Source: Octopus vulgaris
Taxonomy: Eukaryota
Assembly: GCA_951406725.2 (NCBI GenBank)
Contig: OX597824.1
Coordinates: 63,116,001-63,180,000, forward strand
Reading direction: 5' to 3'
DNA length: 64,000 nt
The position numbers were made by a program, and so were the translations under genes. Position 1 is the first letter of the stretch, and every line of letters begins with the position of its first letter. A model generated the notes under the pieces. The model saw only the letters and a list, made by a program, of their open reading frames with translations, was not told the origin of the DNA and searched no databases. This document shows positions 1-13,099 of this stretch, piece after piece.

Positions 1-489
1 TGTGTTTTTTTTTTTTTGTAATTCACATGCTTTTAAAATGTATTGCTGGCTCTTAAACATTCTCAGGGCTTAAAATTATTATTTTTCACTACTGCTCCTA
101 ATATGTATTTATACTAATAACTTATCTAAATGTATTTCTCTTTATCCCCCACTCACAATATTAGTGTTTTTGAAACGGAATGTTTTCTCAATAGTGTTTC
201 CAAACAGGTCATAACTCTATATGTTTAATATACCATTACATCACATGCTCCCATTTAAACAACGACAACACACAGTAACAATGACAAGAAAAATAAATAA
301 ATAACATGAAAAGTAATGGCAATAATTAATAAGAATTCATGATGCTTAAAATAGAAACACAGACACCATCATTGTAAGACAAATATGCAAATGTATCACG
401 AAAGAATGAACGTTTAACTGGAAAAGTGAAGTATGTGATTTTACAAAAGAGAATTGGACAGGCGGAAAGTAGATATCATCACAATGCTT

Positions 490-680
490 CTATTTTCGGC
501 ACAAGACCAGCAATTTCGGTAGATGGGGGCAAGGCGGTTACATCGAACCCAGTACTCAACAGTTATTTTATCAACTCCGAAAGCGATGAAAGGCAATGTA
601 CACCATAGCAACATTTGAACCCAGAATGGATGTTATAACAGTGAGCGTTTTTGTCCGGTAAGCTAACGATTCTGCTATTT
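490..680 (-). mobile_element. Degenerate SINE with Nin/Deu-like central domain
   Basis: Diverged match to the motif ...atcgaccccgaaaggatgaaaggcaaagtcgacc...atttgaactcagaacg seen in better copies at 18560-18620 and 45415-45480. Confidence 0.6.
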
Positions 681-793
681 CAACTGAGTAAATACCATCA
701 TAACCAAAAGTATTCTTTCCTATTATTGAAGCAGGATGACAACGATGTTGAAGCTTTCAAATCATACAAGAAAATTAAGTTTATTTCTAAGGG

Positions 794-1191
794 TTTTTTT
801 ATAGCGATGTCATATGATGTCACCCATAATTATGACCCTAGTATCGATCTATTGCATTTCAATCTGTTTTAGGGTTAGGTCTAGTTAGGGTTAGGGGTGG
901 GGGGAAGGGTATCTTGTTTTCTTCAGACAGGAAAATAAACCCAATCTGTTTCTTAAACGAGGGACATATTCATACGGCACAGAATGTTTTCACCTCAAAA
1001 GACGTCATTGATTGGTTGAAATTGCAAACATGAAGAAACAAACAACAAATATCTTTCAAACTATAGAATTCCTCAATAAAGCCAAGAGAAAAAGATGTTT
1101 TATATACACATTCTACCAGTATACGAAGTTTAAAAGTGTTTAGTTACATGGAAATTATTTTAAAAAACTGCCGTTCAAACCAAAAATATCC
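794..1191. mobile_element. Probable non-autonomous DNA-transposon-like repeat with internal TTAGGG-like motif
   Basis: Internal ttagggttaggtctagttagggttagggg at about 868-897 and a structured end ...aaaactgccgttcaaaccaaaaatatcc. Only one terminus is recognisable, so the class is an inference. Confidence 0.4.
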
Positions 1192-1410
1192 AAATGATAA
1201 TTAATAAGATTTGGCGCTGTTCATGTTAGATTCAGAATGAATTCTTTTATAGATATTATTACATAGATACATAATCAAATACACATTGCTGTACTTCCTG
1301 ATCATATTGTAATTAAACCTTTTCATATGTATTTCGAGGAGATTATTTCAAGGTAAATATGGATTATGTATTAAATTAAGAACAACATATGATAAACATA
1401 TTTGATATGC

Positions 1411-1466
<56 letters not shown>

Positions 1467-1468
<2 letters not shown>

Positions 1469-2970
1469 AGTTAAACGCAGGTGTTATTCAAATTGTTTTA
1501 CTTCCGACACATGTTTCGAAGATATCACTGGTATTATTCCAAAGGAATAAAATGGTGTAAAACAATGTAATCTTCTCTTCAGGGAAATAAACAAATGAAA
1601 CTCACTAACAAAACATTTTAACAGAATATGATGGATATGTATAGGGATTAATTGAACGCTATTAAGATTTAAAAAGAAACATTGAGGATATAACGTCAAA
1701 TGTACCCTATAGGAACAGGAGGGGTAAAAAAAAGAAGTATATAAGGATATGTAAATTAAATAAAACCCTAAAGTCTAGTGAATGTGAAATGTAAGAAGAA
1801 AATTAATGTTTAAATTATGAGCTAAAAGTGTGTTTCTACCAATGTTTACATCGGTATGCACACTATAATTTTGATTACAAGGGAATTTTAGAAAAAAGAA
1901 TAAAAAATAGTTTAGAATTACAGAGGAGACAGAATTCCTTACCTTTATCATAAGGGATCGAATTTGAGAGAATCGATCAATCTAAATTAAATTGTTTATA
2001 GTGGTCTTTTAGATACCAAATTAATTTACTAAGCCTTGTACTCTTACGTTTATTCCTATCCGTAAATGTAAAGTAATGATTAGAAATTGTTTTATATAAC
2101 TGAGAAGAGGAACTACCTATATAAAACATATATCGTTACCTGAAGTAATTTTACACTGGTATATAGAATTTTTAATTTTAGTTTTACTTGACATAAACTT
2201 GATTCTGTTGTAATTGACTTCAGATACAATAACCTTGTTAATATTTCTTGGGGGATGGATGGTATTAGCTAAGTTAATGTTAGTATTAGTAAATGTATCC
2301 CTATTTAACAGGCTAATATTATGTGAGGAGATAATTTGTAAGACATTTTTTTTATATTGGAGAAACCAAACCTAACCGTGTGTGACTTGATAAAAGAGTA
2401 ATAATTAGAATTCTTTGGAAAATTCCTAGTAATAGCTTCACGAAACTGCAAAGGAAGATTAGCTTTAATTTGCCTCCCATAAGGAATAATTAACCAAATA
2501 GTTATACTATTAGGTACCTTATTTTTACTGTAACTATCTTTGAAGACATAGATTTGCCTTTAGAATGAAAAAAGGGGGTTAAATAAGGGTTATATCCATA
2601 CTTCTGTTTGGTGTTGTCGTATACATTAAAATTGATATCGTTTATATCCTTACAACTAGATTTTATGTCTCCATTAGTAAATATAGAATAAGATTGAATA
2701 AACACGGTTATAGAGCGTGCATACCGATGTAAACGTTGACAGAAACATATATAAGTGATATATATCATTATATATAATTTAAACGTAAATGTTCTTCTTA
2801 CGTTTCATATTTACTAGATATATCTTTGTCCAAGACTTTAGGGTTTTATTTAATTTACATATGGTTATATATTTCTCATTTATTTGGGTTTTTTCTTTAC
2901 TCCTGCTCTTTTTATAGGGTACATTTGACGTTATATCTTCTATCGTTTTTTTTAAAACTTAATAGCGTTC
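1467..2970 (-). mobile_element. Penelope-like element (Naiad-type), decayed thumb + GIY-YIG endonuclease + pLTR, with an inverted partial pLTR copy
   Basis: Minus strand reads IWLIIPYGRQIKANLPLQFREAITRNFPKNSNYY... then NSIYQCKI../FYIGSSSSQLYKTISNHYFTF...STRLSKLIWYLK...SIPYDKGKEFCLLC...YRCKHW*KHTF, with stops and frameshifts. About 2710-2970 (+) is a diverged inverted copy of about 1655-1866. The element ends in a (TA)n tract. Confidence 0.85.
1502..1586 (-). ncRNA. Type I hammerhead ribozyme (canonical core) in PLE pLTR
   Basis: Minus strand: ttcc-CTGAAGA-gaagat...atcttc-GAAA-catgtg-TC-ggaa. Stem I is ttcc/ggaa, stem II is gaagat/atcttc with an extension, stem III is short with the ACATGT palindrome, and the triplet is GUC. 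Confidence 0.88.
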
Positions 2971-3038
2971 GTCAGGGGTGTCCCCAGTCTCCGCTTCTGT
3001 GTGTACTGTCTCAGAAGCCATTGCTGCGCAAATAGGAG
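2968..3038 (+). mobile_element. Short L1/Tx1-like reverse transcriptase fragment
   Basis: Translates [22 protein letters not shown], matching the non-LTR RT motif RQGCPLSPLL...EPL. Confidence 0.65.
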
Positions 3039-3046
3039 AATATATG

Positions 3047-3120
<74 letters not shown>

Positions 3121-3640
3121 CATACATACATATAAATACATGAATACGGAGATCAGTACATCTACATATGATTTATTTCTAAAAGTTATGCAGGTCAATT
3201 ATACAGAATATTTGCTTTAAATGTGTGCGACGCACGTTTCTGCTGCTTGGACGAATAGCAATCGCATTTGCATCCAGTTATTTTCAACTTGTTATAAGTC
3301 CGTCCGACTTTATTCAAGGCCCGTCCCCCTGCCGTAGTGAGAAGATAAATGAGAGATATAGATTTAGCTAATGTTGTTATATGAGAGGAAGATTTAGAAA
3401 TCTTAATAACTGCTATGGTGTTGAGTTCATCCTCACCATAGTTTCGAAGATAAAGTTAAGAATACTAGATATTTAAGACAAATTATACTTTTTAAAATCC
3501 CTAGCCTTAAGTCGATTATGAATTAGTGATCTTCAGATATTGTGTACAATTACTGGTTATTAATTCAGTTACAATTATTTATATGAGATATGTACAACTT
3601 ACTTGTGAGGCTAATTCAAAATATTTTCTTCATATAATTA

Positions 3641-4038
3641 GGCGCAGGCGTGGCTGTTTGGTAAGAAGCTTCACTTTCAACCACATAGCTTCGGGTTGAG
3701 TGCCACTACGTGGACCTTGGGCAAGTGTTTTAGTCTCTTGAGTGGATTTGCTTAGGGGAAACTGAACGAAGCCCGTTGTGTATACAGATAGATAGATAGA
3801 TAGATATTCATATACATAACTATGTGTGTGTGCCTTTGCGTCTTTGTTTGTCTCCCACCACCGCTTGACAACTAGTGTGTGTATGTTTACACACCCACAA
3901 CATAGCGGTTTGTCAAAAGAGACCGATATAATAAGTACTAGGTCTAAACAGGTAAGTCCTGGGGTCTAAATCCATTCAAGGCGGTTTCCCATCATAGTCA
4001 CACTCTAACAACTGAAACAAGTAAAAGATAAAAGATAA
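3641..4038 (+). mobile_element. tRNA-derived SINE with internal microsatellite
   Basis: A/B-box-like head (gtggctgtttggtaagaagc...gggttgagtgcc), ccttgggcaagtg core and tail actgaaacaagtaaaaga. Homologous to 4807-5218. Confidence 0.85.
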
Positions 4039-4469
4039 ATCAACTTTTAGATGCAGTGTCGTTGTATTATATGTCTTACTAGAATTTTTGAAGGTATGTA
4101 TTTTTCTGATCGAGAACACTGATTACTACTTGATATAAGTAAACTAGATATTACACTGAGCATGTAAGCTCAGGCACCTCCCATTTACGTGGCACTTAAT
4201 TACAAAACCCTTCCATGGAAGTATGAGTGATTAAGTAGAGGTGCGAATATCTTAGGGCCTTATTCTGCTTAGTGTTAAGCAAACAGTTTTCTATACGTGA
4301 AAATGTGGATTATTTCTCCTCTGCGTAGAGTTCGTGTTTTCCCCATATAACATAATGTTCAGCTACTGGTATTATTTAGTATTCAATATTAAAGTTAGTG
4401 TTTCTAAACTTAAGCGACCAGATAACCACATCTAAGCTCGTGCTATACATTTTTCTTCTCTATTCCCAA

Positions 4470-4562
4470 ACGAGCTTATGTTTTTTTGCTCAATAAACAC
4501 TCACAATGCCCGTTCTTACGACCGCGAGCCACTGCCCTAACCACTGGGCCATTGCACCTCCA
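4470..4562 (-). mobile_element. 5' fragment of a second tRNA-derived SINE family
   Basis: ggaggtgcaatggcccagtggttagggcag... is homologous to the full copy at 34255-34570. Confidence 0.75.
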
Positions 4563-4806
4563 CTTTCTCTTTCGTAGACTATAAGCGCAGTATTCAAGAC
4601 CTTCCCAAGGTGACTATTAATCTTTCTGGCGTAGCTATCACTAAGAGTACAGTTATTATTATTACCACTTTCTTTCAACTACTTTACCGCTATCATTTTT
4701 GTTCTGGATTTCGATATTTTCCTTGAGACATGTTCCACTATAATCGTTCTATTTTATATGCTGGCCACTTATAAAATTTTTAAATAGATTTTATCCTTTA
4801 TATATA

Positions 4807-5218
4807 CATGAGTGGCTGTGTGGTAAGTAGCTTGTTTACCAACCACATGGTTCCGGGTTCAGTCCCACTGCGTGGCACCTTGGGCAAGTGTCTTCTACTA
4901 TAGCCTCGGGCCGACCAAAGCTTTGTGAGTGGATTTGGTAGACGGAAACTGAAAAAAAGCCCGTCGTATATATGTATATATATATATATATATACGTGTG
5001 TGCATTTGTGTGTCTGTGTTTGTCCCCCTAGCATTGCTTGACAACCGATGCTGGTGTGTTTATGTCCCTGTTACTTAGCGGTTCGGCCAAAGAGACCTAT
5101 AGAATAAGTACTGGGCTTACAAAAGAATTAGTCCCGGGGTCGAGTTGCTCGATTAAAGGCGGTGCTCCAGCATGGCCGCAATCAAATGACTGAAACAAGT
5201 AAAAGAGTAAAAGAGTAT
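4807..5218 (+). mobile_element. tRNA-derived SINE (well preserved)
   Basis: gtggctgtgtggtaagtagc...ggttccgggttcagtcccactg (A/B boxes), internal (TA)/(TG) repeat, 3' ggcggtgctccagcatggccgc...tgactgaaacaagtaaaagagtaaaaga tail. Confidence 0.9.
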
Positions 5219-6037
5219 ACTAGTATATACATATGTGTATGTGTGTACGTAATTGTCACGCAAACAGATATATAGTTTATGTATATATACGTGTGTGCGC
5301 GTGTATATCTGTGCAGAGAGAGAGAGAGAAAGAAACGGACAGACAGATACACTGAGTGATATATATGTTACATGTGTCTACGTGTTAATATACGTGTATC
5401 TGTATTTACAGTTGTTATTGCGCGTGTTGATTCATTCGTAAGTATAAATGATACATACATAATACATGCATAGACACCGTAAAATTCTCGACCCAATGTA
5501 CCACTAAGTTTACGTTTTGACTGTACAACTGCAAAAGTTAGGCACATATATGTACACAAAAGTAGTGGCAGATGAATAACATTGACCAATAATTAAAGAT
5601 TATTTATATGAATTGCATGAACAATATCAATTATTCCTAATCAGAAAACCAGATAATTTATTCATTTATTAATATTTATAGAGAGGCTAACGATATATTT
5701 TCTCTTCTTTATGTATATGGTCAAATATTTATTTTAATTTCTGCTTGTTCTGGTGTGAAGTTTATCTTTCCACTGAATGCATCTTACTATTCAAATAGCA
5801 GAGAATTAAGACATTTGTTGAATTATAGCTGACACAATATCAGAAAACTGGAGCAGTTGTTCCCATGTTTATCGAGGATTTTAAACAAAAGAGCAGAAAT
5901 GCGTACAATTTTATATAGATATATGTGTATGTCATGTGTGAGTGTGTGTTGAGAAGCATTATGCATATACGTAATATACATATATATATGCACACGCACG
6001 CCCACACACGCACGCCCACACACGCACACGCCCACAT

Positions 6038-6069
<32 letters not shown>

Positions 6070-6094
6070 TTATAAATACATAGTTCAAATTTAC

Positions 6095-7683
6095 AGAAAA
6101 GAAATGTCAAAGACAAATGAAGGAACAATAGGAAGGTGTATTAGTTCTGCGCTCGGGAAGAATGAAAGATTCAGTAAAGTTTCGAACCTATGCATAGTTT
6201 GTTGGGCTCTTGTCCTGAAGGGCCTCAGCATGCATCCTGCTAGTTCTCTGCACTTTGCTGCCATCTTGGTAATGTGCTTATAAAATGATGCGTCATTGGA
6301 CATACTGGTCCCCAAGTCTTTCACTGCTTGTGACTATAGGATTGTAGTGTCTTCGGATCCTGTATATGCAGGCGTTAGTACATTCGTGAGTTGTTAGTGC
6401 AATGCTTGGTGTTTTCCAGCATTAAACTGTATATTGTTTATTTCGGCTCTCTTGTATTTCGAATTCAGGTCTGGCTGTCAGCTTAAGACATCTTGATATA
6501 TTCTTGCCTGTGATAATATTGTATCATTGGCTTAGTTATTGACAGTGGCTGTTCGAGTGAGCGTGGTAATGTCTAAGTAGGCTCTTATGAACAGTAATAG
6601 CCCCAGAACAGTTCCTTGGTGGTCGCCACTTACGATTTGGGTTTCCTCAGAAAGGGCACCATTGGCTGCAATTGTCTGACTTCTGTCTTTAAAGAAGTCA
6701 TGCAGCCACTCTCCCAGTTTACTAGCAATGCCAAGGTCTCAAAGCTTATGACATATCATGCCATGATCTGTCTTATCAAATGCCTTTGAAAGTCAAGGTA
6801 TATCACGCTGGCATTTGAATGGTCAGGTAGTTGTTTCAAATCCCAGTTATAGTGCTGTAGGAGTTGTGTGAAGCAGCTTCTTCCTGGACAAAAGCCATGC
6901 TGTGTATTGTTCAGTAGCTCATTTTCTTCTAGGAATATTATCAACTACTTTCTGATGATTCGCTCCTTGACTTTACTGATATGTAAATTCAGAGTGATTG
7001 GCCTCTAGGTTTGGCATCTACTCTGCTTCCATATTTATAGATAGGGCTTATAATGCCCTCTTTTAGCCTTTTAGAAATTTTACCGCTTGCAAGGAAACTT
7101 TGGAAAGTATCTGAAGTGATTTCGCTGAAGCCTGCTTATGTGACTTCAGGTAAGTAGCTGGGAAGCCATCAGGACCAGGAGCTTCAGCTCATCTCGTCTA
7201 TGGGTGCTGTTACAACTGTTTTCCCAATTTTTATGTAATCGATGGTTGGCGCCACCATTTTTAGAGCTGCAATATTAAAGAATTCAGCCGGTATATTTTT
7301 ATCTGCATGTGTCCAAGTGGGAAACTGAAGACACTTATAAATTGTTCAAGGAATATCCCACTTACCCTTTTTGTGTCTGTAATCAGTGAGTCATTCCCTC
7401 GAAACAATGGTCCTGTTTGACATGGTATTGTGACTGTTTCCTTCGCAAATTTATAGAAAGCTTTGGGATTGGCTTTTATGCTTTCCACAGTTCTGTTATC
7501 TCTCTCTCCCCCTCTCTCTCTCCCTCCTCTCTCTCTCTCTCTCTTTCTTTCTTGAGAGAGTTTGGCCTTGTTTTCGATTGCTAGGAGTGTCCTTATTAAG
7601 ATGGGCTTCACCTTTCAGTTCCTTGTTCAGCCGTTTTGAAACTTTTGACATGCGTCTTTCTTGGTACACTGGTCATTTCTTTC

Positions 7684-7688
<5 letters not shown>
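6095..7688 (-). mobile_element. CR1/L2-group LINE reverse transcriptase, decayed
   Basis: Minus-strand fragments IKANPKAFYKFAK, APGPDGFP, QHGFCPGRSCFTQLLQHY, VIYLDF, QGTVLGLLLF and KDLG, with many frameshifts. Confidence 0.85.
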
Positions 7689-7720
<32 letters not shown>

Positions 7721-8496
7721 CATACATACATACATACATACATACATACATACATACATACATACATACATACATACATACATACATACATAGTTGAAGG
7801 CTGCATGAAATAATTGTAATCTAATAAGACCGTTTCAAAAGCCATTTATTAAATATACTGCAAACCGTAATAGCATTACGTGTGAATACTTAACCAATAA
7901 TCGAAAAGAAAGAAAAATGTAAATTCATCTAATAATTACATTTTTTAAAAATTAAGAATATTAGAATAGTTATAGAATGTAAATAACAACCGTAGACTGG
8001 TTATGGAAAAGTTAATTCTTGTTCAACGAAAGACATTAAGAGCCTCAAAGAAATCAAGTTTGCCACCCCCGCTCTAAACTGTCACACCCGCAGTTGTACG
8101 GTTTTTGCAGCTATTTGCAATATAAATTATACATACTGTTTTGCTTATGTAAAACATTTAACAACCAAATACCGAATTCGACTTATTATATTTTACGTAA
8201 TATCAAATATTACGACTGTTTCAAGGCACATCACATATGCATTCCATATGGCCATTTGGTTGAGTGTAGGAATTGAAACATTATACATGAGAATGTTGGT
8301 GTATATTTTTTTCTCATTGGTACTTCTAGGTTGACATAAGACCATTAGTTATATAGCTTGGTGATGGAAACAAGGAAAATAGAACTCAAAATTTGAGTAT
8401 ATGCCTATTGATTTTATTTATATTTAAAAGAAACTCGAGGGCCGAGAGTTTCGTGCTTTCGTACTTATGAGGTTTGATAAATGATAAGTAAAAGAA

Positions 8497-8802
<306 letters not shown>

Positions 8803-8819
8803 TTCATGAAAATATATCA

Positions 8820-9880
8820 CACGAAGGTACTATGAATAAAGATAGAACGATCCAAAAATATTACACCAGACTAAGAAGAATATGGTAGTTAGAACTCTCA
8901 TCTTACAACAAAACAATATCCCACAATGCATTCGCTGTACCAGGGCTGATTCCAACATTTGGAATAATTGACTGGTATGAAGAATTCCACTCCATAGACA
9001 TTAGAATCCGCAAGATTCTAACTCCAAGTGGAAATCGCCACAAAAGTAGTGATATCGACATGTTCTACCTAAGAAGTGACAAAGGAGGTACAGGCTTGAG
9101 ATCAGTGCGGCTAGCCTTTGAATGTTGCATAGTCTCTCTCAGATAGCACTTGCTAAACAACAGCAGCCAAAAATACATTAACTTAGTGCTTAAGCGTTAA
9201 AGAAGCAATATGCTATTTGTTGGAAGTAAACTCCTCAGAAAATACTCTCTTCTTGATAAGCTGCCACACAATCCCAGATCAGCTGGACGCTCATCATACC
9301 AAAAGAAGACCATGTCTGGGTATATTTCCCGAAGACGTGAAGAAGATAGTAAAATTGACATGAAGAGAAATTTTCTCTTGGCCTCACGACTGCTACATCA
9401 CACTTCGAAGGCTTATACATTTGCAATCGACGAACAGGAGATTGCTGTTAAATACCTTATAAAAAAAAAAAGAGACAAACCCTTGGAGATCCAAGTTGCA
9501 AACGTAAGTTAGATGACGTCAAGTTCCTGTAGAGGTCATCACACATGTGATTAGTAGGTGCCCGAATGTCATAAAGATACTACCTCTCTATGCGACATTA
9601 CCTTTGTGCAAAAGCCATATTCAATGTCATTCGGAAAAAGAACTGTCCAGGAATATATATAGATAATCACTTTGTTATAGAATTCATACACAAATGTCAG
9701 CACAGGGAATTCTGGCGGAACAATCCCATCAAAACATCTGTCAAATGTAAGCATAACAGTTCGGATATTTTTGTTGGGAAAGACAAGAAAAAGTATGCGC
9801 CTTCACAGAGGTTAGCTGTCCTGCTGATGTGAATATTTCTCTGAAAATCAAAGCGAAATATGATAACAAAGGCCCGTGGC
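8820..9880 (+). mobile_element. R4/Dong-type non-LTR retrotransposon (thumb, Zn-knuckle, RLE), decayed
   Basis: TRLRRIW*LELSSYNKTISHNAFAVPGLIPTFGIIDW, DIRIRKILT, GGTGLRSV, AYTFAIDEQEI, HVISRCP..MRH and WRNNPIKTSVKCKHNSSDI. Confidence 0.8.
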
Positions 9881-12776
9881 CCAGATGTGTTTCATAAATT
9901 CAAATGTGTTTCATAGATTCATCAGTGCTCCAAGATAATGTATTTGAAAAGAAACATTACGTCGGTTTATGCGAAGGCAATTTTAAAAGTCGATAGGCTA
10001 CCACCAGTCATCTTATCAGGACACAGACAAAGATAAAGTTACTAAATTGGCTAGGAAGTGGAGCATCATAAGGAAATCTACGATATGTGTAAATGGATCA
10101 AAGAGCTGAAAGTTATGCGAAGCTGAAAGATCGCACATTCTTTCTAGATACAGAAATTTTTAAGAAAAGCAAGCACATGGACAAATGTCATTTGTGAAAT
10201 AGGACACGACCCTCTCCCGAATGAGCAGCTGTCTCACCTCCACAACGTCTAATTATTCTGCACCACCTAGAGTAATTTTAATTTTGATACATAAAGTTTT
10301 CATTAGCTGAGGCACCAAGTCAGTCCGATATTATCCGCTCAGTTCGAAATAAGGTAAATAAAAAAGCAAATAAGTAACAAAAATGTCATGGTATCGATGC
10401 AATAGTCCGCCTGAAACGGCCGTATTGCATTAATGCCTTGACATCCTTGTTATTTATTTGTTTTTTACGTATGAATGTATGTATTTGTATATTAACACAT
10501 ATCCTGAGTAAATGAGAATTATATATGAATATACACATATAAAAAGCACACACATAAACAGATTTATATATACAGACACAGTTACGTGTACATGTATGCA
10601 GATACGCATTTACTCAGGCACACTCACTCGTACACCTCCATTTGTACACACAAACAGACTAGATGACACACCTACACAGGCAAAATCACAGATATGCACA
10701 CACGCGCCTTACATGATTGAATTAAATAAATACTTCTCACTTCCCTTACAACTCACTGTGAACGCATCAACTGTAAAGATTAATAATATATGCTAAAATA
10801 TTGATATTTGCCGCGATATTCTGTCAAGAGTAAAACTTATAAGATTACTGAACTGTGACACCGTGAAATTTTTAATGATATATTCCCGACTGGGGTGGGG
10901 GTAAATATTTAGTTTTGCAAGGAAATACATGCTCCAGTATTTTTGAAAAGGAAATAGCTAGAATGGAATCAGGATGGAAGAGAGACGAAGAGACAGAATC
11001 AGAGAGGAAAGGTGAGACGAAGAGACAGAATGAGAGAGGGAAAGAGATAAAGGTCTAAGATATATAGAGAAAGAGAAAGAGCAACGATAGATAGATAGGA
11101 TTCTTAATATGAATGCAAATAATTTCCTTGAATGAATACAATCGGAGCATAGCATGGATTATGCATTAGTAAGCTCAGAGATAAATGTATGTATATAAGC
11201 ACATACACGCGATCACTTATGCATATAAAAAGATTCAAATGCCGTTATATAAGAAAGATAAAAATGTAGAAAACTCGCGAAAAGCCTTTATCTATTTTCA
11301 AATTACGATTACATTAAATGTTTTGGCATTATGAAAAAGTTCACTATATAACAAAAATAGTCACAGATATTTAACCACCAGTTGTTCCACTTATATTTCT
11401 TACATAATTTCAAGGTATGTATCCTAATCTTTTTTATATAAAATGAAAATAAAACACAGATACAGATTTTTTTGCATAACATTAAAGAGTTATTGTTGAG
11501 AATATGACCAGTTTCGTTACAATATATCTGTTTGTTTTTCACGGAGCGTAATTTAGTCCGGAATACTGGCTTTCCCCTGATGCCTATATCTTCCTGCATA
11601 ATGACTATACTTCCCTTGGTAAGTGAATTACTTCATTGCTGGAAATTAATTTTTGACGACACACATATAACATACCAGCGATGTGAAGTAGATTCAGCAT
11701 GATTTCAACCTGTACAATTGAGGTACCAGCTAGCACCTTTATTTCTCTTTACAGAGGAAGTAATATCAAGTCATTGTTTTAAAAAAGTGAAGAATCGCAA
11801 TAAAGTTATCTGGAGATAACAAATGGAAGTATGGAAGTGGTGATATGAGAATTCTAGTGTGTTATATATTTGGAAAGATTAAATATTTGAGTGAGATTCT
11901 AAATTTAAATCGGAATTAAATATCGAACTTTAAGAAACTTTATAAATGGCATATTTGAAAAGTGAGAATTACAACAAATAATACTACAAAAGATTACAAT
12001 AAGTAAAATATATACTAGATGGAGATAAGATGAAAAGAAAACGAAAAATAAGTGGTAATGAATAAATTATATTACATACAAGATGAGAATTAAGTAGTTA
12101 TTCTAAACCTGAATAAGGAAAAACGTATTTAAAATTAGATAAAACTAAACCCTTTATTTCTTCTTCTTATTTTTTTTAATGCAATTCAGTGCATACAGAT
12201 GTAACAATTTTCCGAAGACGTACATCATAAGATCACAAAATATCAACGAAATATATGAAAAGAAGACGAAATAAATGGAGACACGTGATACCGGCTATAT
12301 TTAATCTCTATATATATTTCTTCTTTTTTGGCCTAGATACACAGCTTTACAAATCTATTATTGCGAGTCGATTTCAAAGGGCAAAGAGGGGAGGACTCAT
12401 GTTTTTCTTGTTTCTTTTCTTTTTATTCTTCCTCTTTCTTCCTTTTTTTCCTTTTTTATCCTCTCTGTTTTCATTATCATTCCACCTTTGTACTTTTCCA
12501 TTAAATAAGACCAACTATTCTGTGCATTTGAGACAGAAGGCATGATATAAAAATGCACTGTTTTACAGAGTTCCCAGAGTATGAAATTAATAGTAACTTG
12601 TCCTTAACTACTGTGTGTATCAAATGACATTTATCTTTCACTAAATGGCGTACTTGTTTATCCAACAGATATTGGAATAGTAAGCTACCTATATCATTTT
12701 TCTTCTTCTTTTTTACGTGTCTCACTCATTAGACTGCAGTATGTATGTGTTTATGTATGTATATATGTATACATAT

Positions 12777-12848
<72 letters not shown>

Positions 12849-12923
12849 CATATTGTACAATAATATACAGGGCAAAGTTTAGCCATTTCTCCGCAGACTG
12901 AGAAATATGTGATGAACCTTATA

Positions 12924-13004
<81 letters not shown>

Positions 13005-13099
13005 GTAAATTGAGGATTGAGATAGAAACATGTACTTGAAAAGGTATGCTCCAGGTATGGTTGGGTAATATCTGTTGTTCCAGCCTATGCTTGGCGAGA

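Noticed and set aside
868-900. Telomere or interstitial telomeric array
   Set aside because: Only a few imperfect TTAGGG units inside a dispersed repeat.
1800-2750. Selenocysteine read-through in the Naiad-like ORF
   Set aside because: The in-frame stops include TAA and TAG plus frameshifts, and the TGAs fall at Trp-like positions, so this is decay. No SECIS was identified.
3413-3540. Possible minus-strand hammerhead (CTGAAGA...GAAA-ctatggtg/caccatag)
   Set aside because: Stem II cannot form independently of the core and the cleavage triplet would be GCA; only the 8-bp hairpin is solid.
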